A stretch of DNA of 64,000 bases from a virus: the IMG/VR virus record IMGVR_UViG_3300023184_000029, positions 64,001-128,000 of that record. One strand, given 5' to 3'. Below, piece by piece: positions 54,264 to 64,000 of the stretch. The number at the start of each line of letters is the position of its first letter. Position 1 is the stretch's first letter. Under the pieces are notes generated by a model. That model was not told where the DNA came from and did no database searches. It saw only the letters and a program-made list of their open reading frames with translations. A program made the translations under genes and the position numbers.

Positions 54264-54266
54264 AAC

Positions 54267-54467
54267 ATGAATATTATTCAAATACTAAATAGATCTTATA
54301 TATTATCGGCATCTACATATTATTTGAGTATTGATAGTATTAATACTGATACTAATACTATTAGAATAAAAAAGAATATAGGTTCAGGATCTGTTAATTT
54401 ACTTATTGATAATAAAATATCTATACAAAAAGAACAGCCTATTATACTATTAATTCAAGAGAGATAA
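54267..54467 (+). CDS. Hypothetical protein
   Basis: 66 aa. Confidence 0.5.
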   Translation: MNIIQILNRSYILSASTYYLSIDSINTDTNTIRIKKNIGSGSVNLLIDNKISIQKEQPIILLIQER

Positions 54468-54469
54468 TA

Positions 54470-54997
54470 ATGAATCCATTTTCTGACACCATATCTCAAC
54501 ATCTTAAAAATACGTTTAATCAGGCCATAGACAGCTTACTGCAACAAGGGGCATTGACCATACCGTGTAAACTAGTTTATAGCAATACTACTAATAATAA
54601 TTTATGCAATAATTGTTTTTATGATAATATTTCTAAATTATCTTCTAATTTATATAATAATACCGGCCCACAACCTTTTCCAGATAATACTATTTGTCCA
54701 ATATGTTTAGGAGCAGGATTATTTCAGAATGATTTTACAGAAATAGTGCATATGGCTGTAATTTTTGATAGTAAATATTTTATGAATTGGTCATCTAAAT
54801 CCGTACAGATAAGTAGTGGTCTAGTTCAAACTATTTGTAATATTAATTTAATGTCTAAAATTTTAGATGCTAATGAAATTATTTTTGATAATTCAAATAA
54901 TAATATAAATTATGTTTCTTGTCAAAGAGCAGGACATCCAGAGCCTTGTGGTTTTGGAGATAATAGATATATTATAACAATGTGGAAAAATAAATGA
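54470..54997 (+). CDS. Putative neck/head-closure protein (Cys-containing)
   Basis: CNNC...CPIC.G.G; synteny. Confidence 0.55.
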   Translation: MNPFSDTISQHLKNTFNQAIDSLLQQGALTIPCKLVYSNTTNNNLCNNCFYDNISKLSSNLYNNTGPQPFPDNTICPICLGAGLFQNDFTEIVHMAVIFDSKYFMNWSSKSVQISSGLVQTICNINLMSKILDANEIIFDNSNNNINYVSCQRAGHPEPCGFGDNRYIITMWKNK

Positions 54998-55638
54998 ATA
55001 TCACTGTTAGTCTCTTAGAAAGCAGTGCTGATATTAAAGATCAGATACTAGTAGCTATAAAAAATCATATAGAATCTAAACTACCCAAAGCTTCTAAAGC
55101 GGCTACAGATAAAATCCATCCATTAATTATAAAAGGATTAAAAGAAGAACCAGAATATCAGTCTTTAGTTGGCGGAGATCTAAGATTAGGGATGGGAATA
55201 GCAGATAGCTCTAAAGTAGATGATATTATTGAAAAATTAGCTTCTACTATTAGTATAGAAAATAAACCAATCACAATTGGCTCAAATGGATTGTTGGGTG
55301 GATTTGTGATCACAGCTATACATTCAGAAAATTTTAATGGCTTGTTAACAGACGACAGCGCTGTGGTTGTTGATACAGAAAAGGGTTACTCTTTACCGTG
55401 GCTTGATTGGTTATTGTTGCAAGGAAATAAAACCATTATTACTGACTATACTATGAAGGTTGGTCCTAATCCAAATTCTAGAACAGGCATGGCTATTATG
55501 GTTGAGTCTGATAGAAATTGGAGAGTGCCTCCCTCTTTTGCTGGTACAAAAACTAATAACTGGACAACCAGAGCAATACAACGAATTCAAAAAGAAGTAG
55601 AGAATATTATACTTAAGGAAGTTGAAAAAATTATATGA
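54994..55638 (+). CDS. Putative neck/tail-completion protein
   Basis: 214 aa; synteny. Confidence 0.5.
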   Translation: MNITVSLLESSADIKDQILVAIKNHIESKLPKASKAATDKIHPLIIKGLKEEPEYQSLVGGDLRLGMGIADSSKVDDIIEKLASTISIENKPITIGSNGLLGGFVITAIHSENFNGLLTDDSAVVVDTEKGYSLPWLDWLLLQGNKTIITDYTMKVGPNPNSRTGMAIMVESDRNWRVPPSFAGTKTNNWTTRAIQRIQKEVENIILKEVEKII

Positions 55639-56579
55639 GTACTTTTGATTTTGTAGAAGATATTGGTTCTAGAGGACCAACAGCTAATTTAGAAGATAAT
55701 CTTAAAAGTTTTCTGGACTGGTCTTTTCTGAATATTGGAGGATTTATAAATATCAATATTCCACCAAGCGGATCCCCCGCCACCCAGCAAAGCCTGCATA
55801 AACTAATACCATCTACTGAAACTGGATACTCTCCTGGTCGAGTATGGGAAACAGCAAGAAAAGATTGGGTTTATGAAACTGGTGTTGTTCATAATAATAT
55901 TTCCCCGATTCCTATCTCTGGTATTTATGTTAATAAAACATTTTTACCGGCCCCCACAGGAAATAGCCAATATTCATATACTTTAGACTATCCTCTTGGT
56001 AGAATTATTTTTAATAACAATATTAATACTAATAGTCAAATTGAGTTAAATTATTCTTCTAGATATATACAAGTATATAAATCTAACGAATCTGTTTGGT
56101 GGAAGACTCTAGAGAATATATTTTATAATCCATCTGATTCTAAAGCCAATAATATAAAAGATATAACATCTGTTCATAGAATAGAAATGCCTGCTATAAT
56201 GATAGAATCTACCCCTAGAGTAGTACTTACTCCTCATGAGCTTGGCACAAGGGCTAATATTATTACTCAGGATGTATTATTACATATTTTTACAAATAAT
56301 CCTGTACAAAGAGATAATATTATTAGTATTTTATTATTACAAAAAGATAAGTCTTTAAGACTATATGATATTAATAAGGTGGTCAAAGCAAAAGTTAATC
56401 CGGTGGATAACCTGGGACAACCCAATCCTAATAGATTAAATTATGATCAACTTATAAATGATATATTATATAGAGCTAATTATTTTAATATTAGAAATAT
56501 TTCTATTTCTGAGCTAAATACTATAACCTCTAGTTTATATAATGGTATCTTAAGACTGAGTTTGGAAATTTTTCCATGA
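55635..56579 (+). CDS. Putative tail terminator/completion protein
   Basis: 314 aa upstream of the tail tube. Confidence 0.55.
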   Translation: MSTFDFVEDIGSRGPTANLEDNLKSFLDWSFLNIGGFININIPPSGSPATQQSLHKLIPSTETGYSPGRVWETARKDWVYETGVVHNNISPIPISGIYVNKTFLPAPTGNSQYSYTLDYPLGRIIFNNNINTNSQIELNYSSRYIQVYKSNESVWWKTLENIFYNPSDSKANNIKDITSVHRIEMPAIMIESTPRVVLTPHELGTRANIITQDVLLHIFTNNPVQRDNIISILLLQKDKSLRLYDINKVVKAKVNPVDNLGQPNPNRLNYDQLINDILYRANYFNIRNISISELNTITSSLYNGILRLSLEIFP

Positions 56580-56675
56580 TTCCGTATATATGGTGTAACT
56601 AGTATTAGTCTACAATATGATTGATCAAGACTCTTAAAATTTCTTTAAAAAAATCAATGTCTAGGAGAAATTAAT

Positions 56676-57743
56676 ATGCCAGCCACAGCCAATAACAGAA
56701 TTTTTTACGCCACACAAGCTATTCAATTACAGCCTCAAGACAGAGACGGCACAAAATGGCAAGGCGGAAGCGATTGGATTACTCCACTAGGTATCCAAAG
56801 CGCTGGTATGACAACAAACTTTAATTTAGAGCAAGTTTTTACACTAGGTCAACTAGAACTATATGATAACATTGAGAATGTTCCTGAAGTTCAGGTAACA
56901 TTAAATAAAGTATTAGATGGCACAATGCCACTATATCTAATTTGCATGGGTGGATCTGCTCTTGATGCTAGTGGTAAAAATATTGTAGAATTAGCTAATA
57001 ATAGAGTTAATTTTAGACTTGGTATATGGCCCGATAATCAGGGCGCTGCTAGCGGCACTGTTCAGAATTATGTTGATTGCAGTGGTATGTATCTATCTAA
57101 CTTTAGTTATACTATTCCTGTCGAAGGTAACTCCACAGAAGATGTTACACTAGTAGGAAATAATAAATTGTGGAATGCTAATACAGCCATGGCAGCTACT
57201 CAGTTTGATACAGAAAAGAGTTCTGTACAAACTATCAGAAGATACAATATGAATTATAGTGGCTCAACACTACCAACAGGAGTAGCAGGTATTCCTGTTC
57301 CATCTGGCAGAACCAAACCATATCTACAGAGCGTTAAGATTAGCGCAGACCTTGGTCGTGAAGCTATTTATGAACTAGGTTCCATGGCTCCTTATTATCG
57401 TTATGTTAAGTTCCCTCTTGAAGTAACATCAGAATTCGAAATTATTGCTAATGACGGAGATCAAATGGACGCTAGCGACTTTTCAAGTTTAACTGGCTGT
57501 GGTAATGTTTACAAAAATGTTCAAGACAAAACTGTAGTTGTACAGGTTTGTGGTGGTGAATCTGGAGATAATTTAACACTAGATCTTGGGGCCAAGAACA
57601 AGCTAACTAGTGTTAACTATAGTGGTGGCGATACTGGCGGAGCTAATGCTACTATTACTTATAGTTTCCAGACATTTAACCACTTCGTAATGACTGGCGC
57701 TGGCTCATTTAACAATGTAAATCTTGTATGGCCAGAGAATTGA
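56676..57743 (+). CDS. Major tail tube protein
   Basis: 355 aa; high-expression codon usage; GGAG RBS; precedes chaperones and TMP; no sheath gene seen. Confidence 0.7.
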   Translation: MPATANNRIFYATQAIQLQPQDRDGTKWQGGSDWITPLGIQSAGMTTNFNLEQVFTLGQLELYDNIENVPEVQVTLNKVLDGTMPLYLICMGGSALDASGKNIVELANNRVNFRLGIWPDNQGAASGTVQNYVDCSGMYLSNFSYTIPVEGNSTEDVTLVGNNKLWNANTAMAATQFDTEKSSVQTIRRYNMNYSGSTLPTGVAGIPVPSGRTKPYLQSVKISADLGREAIYELGSMAPYYRYVKFPLEVTSEFEIIANDGDQMDASDFSSLTGCGNVYKNVQDKTVVVQVCGGESGDNLTLDLGAKNKLTSVNYSGGDTGGANATITYSFQTFNHFVMTGAGSFNNVNLVWPEN

Positions 57744-57784
57744 TAGTTATTAGATAAGTAGATACATAATATAGGAACAAAAGG

Positions 57785-57928
57785 ATGGATGATTTATTTA
57801 TAGTAATAGGTAAATTATATACTGATTTATCTAATAGTCAAAAATATATAGAGATGCTACAACAGCAGCTCAGGGACAAAAATCAGGAAATTCTGGAGCT
57901 TAAGAAGCCCAAAGTAAAAGATGAATGA
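57785..57928 (+). CDS. Small coiled-coil protein (47 aa, not in the ORF track)
   Basis: MDDLFIVIGKLY...QQQLRDKNQEILELK. Confidence 0.6.
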   Translation: MDDLFIVIGKLYTDLSNSQKYIEMLQQQLRDKNQEILELKKPKVKDE

Positions 57929-58961
57929 TCAAGATGTGGAGCTTTATCTTAACAGGATTTTTACAGGAATTCTATATTTTTATTTTAAGAATGAACAATA
58001 TGAATTAAGATCGGCTCCTAATCATATCAAATATCAAGGAAGTTTAATATATAATAATATTATCAATGAAGAAAAATACAACGAATGGATAAGAGAAGAA
58101 AATTTAATTCCCGTAATGATAAACCTAGGATTGTGGCAAAAGGATACTGATAAGCTAATAACTAAATTAGAAAAAAAAATAGAAGACTCTAAAGTGGAAC
58201 TATATAAGAATTCAACACAAAAAGATAATCTTAAGAAAATTAGGAAAAATCTGACAGAAACCAGAGAAAGTATGAATAATATTCTATCAAAAAAGAATGA
58301 ATTTATGAATCATACTTTAGAAGGATATGCAATGGCTATAAAGAACGAATATATTATATGTAATACTATATTCAAAAATAATAAAAAAGTTTTTGATAGT
58401 ACTAATAGAAATACTTCATCTTATACAGACTTTAATGATATAGTTAATGAAATAAATCATAATACTATTAATATGGATCAACTTAAATTTTTGGCTCGCA
58501 GTTCTATGTGGAGATCTTACTGGAATGCTAATAAAAATAATGTTTTTAGTACTCAGGTTATAGATTGGACAGATGACCAAAGAAATTTAGTTAATATTAC
58601 AAAAATGTATGATAATATATATGAAAATGAACATTGTCCCCCAGATTCTATTATTAATGACGATGATATGCTTGATGGTTGGATGATTCTGCAAAGAAGA
58701 AAAAGAGAAAAAGAGAAGACTCAGCAAAGCATAGATGAGCTTAATCCTAATCTTAAAAACGCTAATGAGGTTTTCTTATTTGCTAATAATAATGAGTCTT
58801 ATGAAGAAATTACTTCTTTGAATAGCGCTGAAGCTAGTGCTAGACTTAAGGAAAAGATGAATTATATTAAAACAGCGGGAACCGTAGATGATAGCAAACT
58901 CCCAGACGTACAAAGAGAACTATTACAACAACGAAATGATATGCTTAAAAATAGGAAATAA
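57921..58961 (+). CDS. Putative tail assembly protein
   Basis: 346 aa, coiled-coil. Confidence 0.55.
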   Translation: MNDQDVELYLNRIFTGILYFYFKNEQYELRSAPNHIKYQGSLIYNNIINEEKYNEWIREENLIPVMINLGLWQKDTDKLITKLEKKIEDSKVELYKNSTQKDNLKKIRKNLTETRESMNNILSKKNEFMNHTLEGYAMAIKNEYIICNTIFKNNKKVFDSTNRNTSSYTDFNDIVNEINHNTINMDQLKFLARSSMWRSYWNANKNNVFSTQVIDWTDDQRNLVNITKMYDNIYENEHCPPDSIINDDDMLDGWMILQRRKREKEKTQQSIDELNPNLKNANEVFLFANNNESYEEITSLNSAEASARLKEKMNYIKTAGTVDDSKLPDVQRELLQQRNDMLKNRK

Positions 58962-58964
58962 ATT

Positions 58965-59297
58965 ATGAATAATATAGAAAGATTATTATCTAATATTGAG
59001 ACTAGAATTAAAACTACTATGATAGGTTCATTAGCTAGATTTGAAGAATCTTTTGATCACTTATGGGAAGAAGATACTGAAAAAGCTGCTATGTATTATA
59101 ACTTATGGGAACAAACCAGAAATAATATTTTAAATAATGGCAATAATCAATTAAGAGCAGCCATTGATGAATTATCAGATTATCTTTATAATAATGTGAG
59201 GGTTCCTAACAATAAGCCTAAATTTGAAAATAAGTATCATTATAAGTTGTTTTTTAATAATCCGGACCATAAAAATAATAAAGGAGACAGAGAATGA
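58965..59297 (+). CDS. Hypothetical protein
   Basis: 110 aa. Confidence 0.65.
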   Translation: MNNIERLLSNIETRIKTTMIGSLARFEESFDHLWEEDTEKAAMYYNLWEQTRNNILNNGNNQLRAAIDELSDYLYNNVRVPNNKPKFENKYHYKLFFNNPDHKNNKGDRE

Positions 59298-60160
59298 AGA
59301 CTAAGACTTTTAAAGTAGAAGTAGATACCAAGGAAAGAGAGATACTAGTTAAATCTCCGTCTTTAAATGATCAGAGAGAGGCCCAGAAGATATATAATCA
59401 GGCTTTTACCGACGCTATCAAATCAAAGAGCGTTGTACGAGCCAAGCTGGATGATTTGCTACAAGATCAGGGACTATGGAATGATGAAAAACAGGCTAAG
59501 TTTTCTGAACTACAAAGAAAACTACTAGACGGAGAAAAAAGACTAGCAAAGGGAGGCTTTAGTTTAAATGAGGCCAAAGACTTGGCTATTGAGATGAAAG
59601 ATACTAGAGATCAAATTAGAGATCTTATTAGTGTCAAAACTTCTTTGGATAATCATAGTGCTGAAGGACAAGCAGATAATGCTAGATTTAACTACTTAGT
59701 ATCAGCCTGTGTGGTGTATAACGATACTAAAGAGCCAGTTTTTAGTAATATGGAAGATTATCTAAATAGGGGCTCAGAACAAGTAGCAGCACTTGCAGCT
59801 CAGAATTTGGCTAATATGCTTTACGGTTTGGATAATGATTATGAAAGTAATTTGCCTGAAAATAAGTTTCTAAAGAAATATAAATTTATTGATGACAAAT
59901 TAAGAATGATTGATAAAAAAGGAAGACTGATTGATTCAGAAGGAAGACTGGTGGATGAAAATGGTAGATTCATTGATGATCAGGGTAATTTTATTGATAA
60001 GTTTGGTAACAGAGTAGATGCAGACGGAGAATATATTGTTGAGACACAACCGTTTTTAGACGAAAATGGAAAGCCTATTATTGATGAAGACACTAGTGAT
60101 AAACCAGAATCAAATCAATCAGTATCTGAAAATACTTCAGAGGAAAACAAGACTGGCTGA
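59294..60160 (+). CDS. Putative tail assembly chaperone
   Basis: 288 aa; paralogous to 57921 in its N-terminal half; C-terminal GRL.D..G repeats. Confidence 0.55.
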   Translation: MKTKTFKVEVDTKEREILVKSPSLNDQREAQKIYNQAFTDAIKSKSVVRAKLDDLLQDQGLWNDEKQAKFSELQRKLLDGEKRLAKGGFSLNEAKDLAIEMKDTRDQIRDLISVKTSLDNHSAEGQADNARFNYLVSACVVYNDTKEPVFSNMEDYLNRGSEQVAALAAQNLANMLYGLDNDYESNLPENKFLKKYKFIDDKLRMIDKKGRLIDSEGRLVDENGRFIDDQGNFIDKFGNRVDADGEYIVETQPFLDENGKPIIDEDTSDKPESNQSVSENTSEENKTG

Positions 60161-60195
60161 TAATATTTATTTTTTATTATATCGATTATATACAG

Positions 60196-60236
60196 ATCCC
60201 TGTGCGCTACTATTGTGCATAGGGATTTGTTTTTAT
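60196..60236 (+). terminator. Hairpin terminator or attenuator before the TMP gene
   Basis: ATCCCT.TGCGC/GTGCA.AGGGAT followed by TTGTTTT. Confidence 0.55.
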
Positions 60237-60265
60237 ACATTTAAATTCTAAGAGAAATTTTATAT

Positions 60266-63200
60266 ATGTCATCAGCTTTTAATTTAACCGCACAGCTAAA
60301 TCTTAGAGGACCATCTAATATTGGAAATATAGTTTCTAATATTCGTAGACAGCTTGGTACTATCAATAGCACTGTTAATTTAACAGTTAATCCAAACGCC
60401 GTTACCGGAGTTGGAAGACTTAATGCTTCATTGGTAACATTAAATACCACATTAGCCCAGACACAAACATCAGCAAATGCCGCAGCATCAGCAATTGCTA
60501 ATTTTGCTCAAGCATTTAATACCAATGCTGTAGGTAGAACTACACAACAGCTTAATGCTGCTGTAAATACTACTAATAATTTATCTAGAGCCACTTCTAA
60601 TACTTCTAGACAAATTCAGATGGCTCATTCAGAAATGGCAGAGTTCGGTAGACAATCTTATCTAGCTATTAGAAGATTTGCTGCATTTAGTATAGTAACA
60701 GGAGGTGTTTTTGCATTAACCAATGCTATTAAAGGAGGTATTTCTGCTTATGTAGATTATAATCAAGAACTGGTTAAACTACAACAGGTTACCGGAGGAT
60801 CCGCAGAATCTTTGAAGGGTTTGGAAAAAGAGATTACGGGCTTATCAACAAACTTAGGAGTTTCTTCTGGAGAGTTAACAAAAATTTCGTCTACTTTGGC
60901 TCAGGCAGGATTGAGCGCTAGAGATACTGAAAGAGCACTTAAGGCTTTGGCTTTAAGCTCATTAGCTCCGTCTTTTGATGATATGAATAGAACGGTAGAA
61001 GGTTCTATTGCTTTAATGAGACAGTTTGATATTAGTGCCAAAGATTTAGAGGCTTCATTAGGCTCTATAAATTCTGTTGCAGCAAAATTTGCAGTAGAAT
61101 CTAGTGATATTATTGCTGCTATTCAGCGTACTGGTGGTGTGTTTGCTGCTGCTAGTAGAGGAGTAAGTGAAGGTAAACAGGCTTTAAATGAATTTATTGC
61201 TGTATTTACTAGTGTTCGAGCCACCACTCGTGAAAGTGCAGAAACTATTGCTACTGGCTTAAGAACTATCTTTACTCGTATCCAGAGAGGTAGTACTATT
61301 GAAGCGTTGAAAGAATTCAATGTTAATCTTACTGACGCTCAGGGTAAATTTGTTGGAGCTTACAAAGCTATTGAACTACTATCCAAAGGTTTGAGTAGCA
61401 TAGATCCTAGAGATTTAAAGTTTTCTCAGATCGTTGAGGAGCTTGGTGGTTTTCGTCAGATAGGCAAAGTTATTCCCCTTATTCAGCAATTCGGCACTGC
61501 ACAAGAAGCTTTAGCAGTAGCTCAACAAGGACAAGGTTCTTTGGCTGAGGATTCTATTAAAGCACAATTATCTTTAGCAAATCAAATATCCAAAGTAAGA
61601 GAAGAATTTTTAGCTTTATTTAGAGATATCGGGGGCTCTGATAGTTTTCAGCTTTTAACTAAAGGAGCGCTTGGTCTTGCAAGTGGTCTCATTAAATTAG
61701 CCGATGGTGCTAAGGGTGTGTTGCCGGTATTAGGTATGCTTTTAGCATTTAAGGGAGCACAGGCTGCTACACAATTTGGATTAGGATTCGTAGGAGCTAT
61801 GAGACAAGGCTCTACTGGTAGAAGACGAGCTAGTGGTGGACCCATCAATAGATATGCTGCTGGCGGGCCTGTGGATGTGGATGTTGCATTAATGCCGGGA
61901 GAAACTGTGGTATATCCTGATGCTGTTAGTAGGATTGGAGTATCTAGATTAAGACAATTAAATCATGCGGATAAAAATGGAATAGCGGGTAAAAGAAGAG
62001 GAGGAAGAGTCTCTAAATTTTCTAAAGGAGGATATGCTGAGGTTCCTGGGTCTGGTCGCACAGATAGTTTTTATACTCAATTACCAGAAGGAAGCTTTGT
62101 TATAAGAACAGATGCTACAAGATCTCTTGGAGGACCAGATGGAGTAATGGATGCTGCTAGAAATCATGCATTTGGCGGAGATGTACAAAAATTTGAAAAT
62201 GGTTCGTGGAGAGAGGTGAGAGCACAGGTACGATCTGGCAGAGGGAGACCATCTAAAACTAAGAGTACAGTAGGACAGGCTGTAGAAAAAATAGAATCTA
62301 CAACATACGATAGAAAAGGAAGATTTAAAACGGATTTTCCTTTTATTATCAGAGGATTAAATAGAAAAGGTACGAAGCAAAAAATCAATGAAGAAGCAAT
62401 ATTAAAGGGGTACCTAAACCAAGGAGTAAACGATCTCTCTAAAGCTATTGTTGATAAAACACAAGGAAATATAACTATACCAACCGGTAATATTAATATT
62501 CAAAATAAAGAAAGTATTTATGGAGGATTATTCGAGACAGCTTTATTAAAAATTAGTGGTCGGTCAAAAGATAAAAAAGATAATAATCAAGCTTTTGATT
62601 TTCCAAGAGGTATAGGGTCAGCTTTATCTCCTATTTTTAGTGGTATGCCACCTGATATATCTACTGATGTTAAAAGAACAGCAGCTGCAAATGCTGCTCT
62701 GAAATCCAATATTGCTAATAAAATAGCAAATGATATGGCTTCTAATAGGCTTCCTCAAAAACCAACGCCCGTTGGAGTAGTATCACTATCCCCAATGGAT
62801 TCTGCTATAGTTTCTAAAATTTCAGGAGTAGAAGTAGATAGATTATTGAAAACTAAACTAAAAATAAAAGAACAAAAAAACAAAAAGAAGAGAAATGCTA
62901 AACGTAGAGCTGATAGATACTATGATAATGCTTTAGAAAACGCTATTAACATGATGCCATATGCTATAGGTGGTATTGTTCAAAAGTTTGGGGTTGGAGG
63001 AGAAGCAGAGCCAGTAAGGCGTACTGTTGGAATTATTGATTCTGACTCATGGAAAGGGGACTCTCCAGATATTGCCGCAGCGATGAAAGAGCTTGGCATT
63101 ACTAAGCCCGATGAATATAAAGCTTATATGTCAAACTTAGCAGCTCAAAAAAGACAATCTAATGGAGTACGAAAACTCAGAGTAGCTACCGCAGTAGCAG

Positions 63201-64000
63201 CTGCTGGCAAGACCCGTATTGCTTTTGGTGGAGCTAGAGGTCAAGAAGCAGATAATGCAACATTACGAAAAACAACCAGAACACAAATAAGAGTACCAAG
63301 TGATTTCGACAAATTAGGACCCACCGACGATATTGTTGATACAACTTCAGTAGTTACCCCTAGAAATTTGGGTGCGTTAAGAGCTGCTGACAGAATACGA
63401 GTTATTTCAACAAGATCCAAAGAAAGTCAAGAGAAGGTTGTTGAGAATAGAGACACTAGAGACATTCTTGGAGCATCTGGACAAGTTGATCCAACTGGAA
63501 CTAATTTTGGACAATATGATCGTGAAGCAAAATCTGTTAGTAAAGCACCAAAAAATAGCGGCCCAATGGAAGCGTTATTAGCAGCCACAGAAGTTTCCGG
63601 AATTGATCCTAAAAAAATTGTAACAACAGATTTAGCCACCGGAAAAAGAATCTCACCTCCAAAAGTAAGAACCCCTGATAAGATGGGTGTTATGACCGGT
63701 AATTTTGGTCCTACTACACCAGCCCATGTGGAAATGGCAAAAATAGGGGCTAAACAAGCAGGAATCAAACGTGAAAATGTAGTCGCTATGGTTGCTAACG
63801 ATGTGCCTATAGATCCATTTAATAGAGATCCAGAAGCAGAAAGAACAGCGTATCTTCCACAAAAATCTAAAACAGGACCTTCTAGATACGGAATGGCCCA
63901 AGCTGTTTTTGGAGCTGAAGGCTTTTCTGTTCATGCTATGGAGAGAGGATCGTCTCCAAATTCTATGCCCTATGCTTTTCAAACTGGAGAAGATACAGAT
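60266..64000 (+). CDS. Tape measure protein, multidomain (partial, runs off the right edge)
   Basis: Open frame from ATG 60266 to the window end; TLAQAGLS...KFAVES...QIGK TMP core; ASGG...MPGE repeats; embedded enzyme-like motifs. Confidence 0.88.
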   Translation, partial: MSSAFNLTAQLNLRGPSNIGNIVSNIRRQLGTINSTVNLTVNPNAVTGVGRLNASLVTLNTTLAQTQTSANAAASAIANFAQAFNTNAVGRTTQQLNAAVNTTNNLSRATSNTSRQIQMAHSEMAEFGRQSYLAIRRFAAFSIVTGGVFALTNAIKGGISAYVDYNQELVKLQQVTGGSAESLKGLEKEITGLSTNLGVSSGELTKISSTLAQAGLSARDTERALKALALSSLAPSFDDMNRTVEGSIALMRQFDISAKDLEASLGSINSVAAKFAVESSDIIAAIQRTGGVFAAASRGVSEGKQALNEFIAVFTSVRATTRESAETIATGLRTIFTRIQRGSTIEALKEFNVNLTDAQGKFVGAYKAIELLSKGLSSIDPRDLKFSQIVEELGGFRQIGKVIPLIQQFGTAQEALAVAQQGQGSLAEDSIKAQLSLANQISKVREEFLALFRDIGGSDSFQLLTKGALGLASGLIKLADGAKGVLPVLGMLLAFKGAQAATQFGLGFVGAMRQGSTGRRRASGGPINRYAAGGPVDVDVALMPGETVVYPDAVSRIGVSRLRQLNHADKNGIAGKRRGGRVSKFSKGGYAEVPGSGRTDSFYTQLPEGSFVIRTDATRSLGGPDGVMDAARNHAFGGDVQKFENGSWREVRAQVRSGRGRPSKTKSTVGQAVEKIESTTYDRKGRFKTDFPFIIRGLNRKGTKQKINEEAILKGYLNQGVNDLSKAIVDKTQGNITIPTGNINIQNKESIYGGLFETALLKISGRSKDKKDNNQAFDFPRGIGSALSPIFSGMPPDISTDVKRTAAANAALKSNIANKIANDMASNRLPQKPTPVGVVSLSPMDSAIVSKISGVEVDRLLKTKLKIKEQKNKKKRNAKRRADRYYDNALENAINMMPYAIGGIVQKFGVGGEAEPVRRTVGIIDSDSWKGDSPDIAAAMKELGITKPDEYKAYMSNLAAQKRQSNGVRKLRVATAVAAAGKTRIAFGGARGQEADNATLRKTTRTQIRVPSDFDKLGPTDDIVDTTSVVTPRNLGALRAADRIRVISTRSKESQEKVVENRDTRDILGASGQVDPTGTNFGQYDREAKSVSKAPKNSGPMEALLAATEVSGIDPKKIVTTDLATGKRISPPKVRTPDKMGVMTGNFGPTTPAHVEMAKIGAKQAGIKRENVVAMVANDVPIDPFNRDPEAERTAYLPQKSKTGPSRYGMAQAVFGAEGFSVHAMERGSSPNSMPYAFQTGEDTD

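Noticed and set aside
59294-60265. Lambda G/GT-type programmed frameshift in the tail chaperone
   Set aside because: No clear slippery heptamer with a downstream open frame; a hairpin terminator separates it from the TMP.

Overview
This 64 kb window is part of a large tailed dsDNA phage genome. The host is probably a Planctomycete, inferred from a planctomycete-type leader motif on a subtilase and several planctomycete-like secreted proteins. It has three zones. (1) 1-13.2 kb is AT-rich, with minus-strand auxiliary and small genes (PRTase, ASCH, methyltransferase, QueC-like, metallophosphoesterase, NUDIX, a five-member paralog family). (2) 13.2-31.3 kb is a GC-mosaic minus-strand 'early' region of short promoter-led cassettes. 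It holds 8 tRNAs, two antisense HNH genes, DUF932, a kinase-like gene, Gp88 and a bL12-like gene. It is punctuated about every 1.2 kb by 16 copies of an ~80 bp double-palindrome element with an invariant 53 bp period. (3) 33.4-64 kb is the plus-strand late module: sigma-like factor, Gmd, HNH, ERCC4 nuclease, terminase, portal, protease/scaffold, capsid, fibre/adhesin genes, tail tube, chaperones and a very long tape measure protein that runs off the window and carries enzyme-like domains. The most notable unexplained items are the phased 53 bp elements, a ~400-500 nt self-promoted structured RNA at 23.1-23.56 kb, a tRNA-shaped RNA whose anticodon arm is replaced by an anti-Shine-Dalgarno-like polypyrimidine loop, a second structured RNA at 19.7 kb, a 7-copy covarying hairpin repeat, sigma54-type motifs, and rare tRNA-Ile(UAU) and tRNA-Ser(ACU) genes. 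All assignments come from reading the sequence by eye; no database searches were run.
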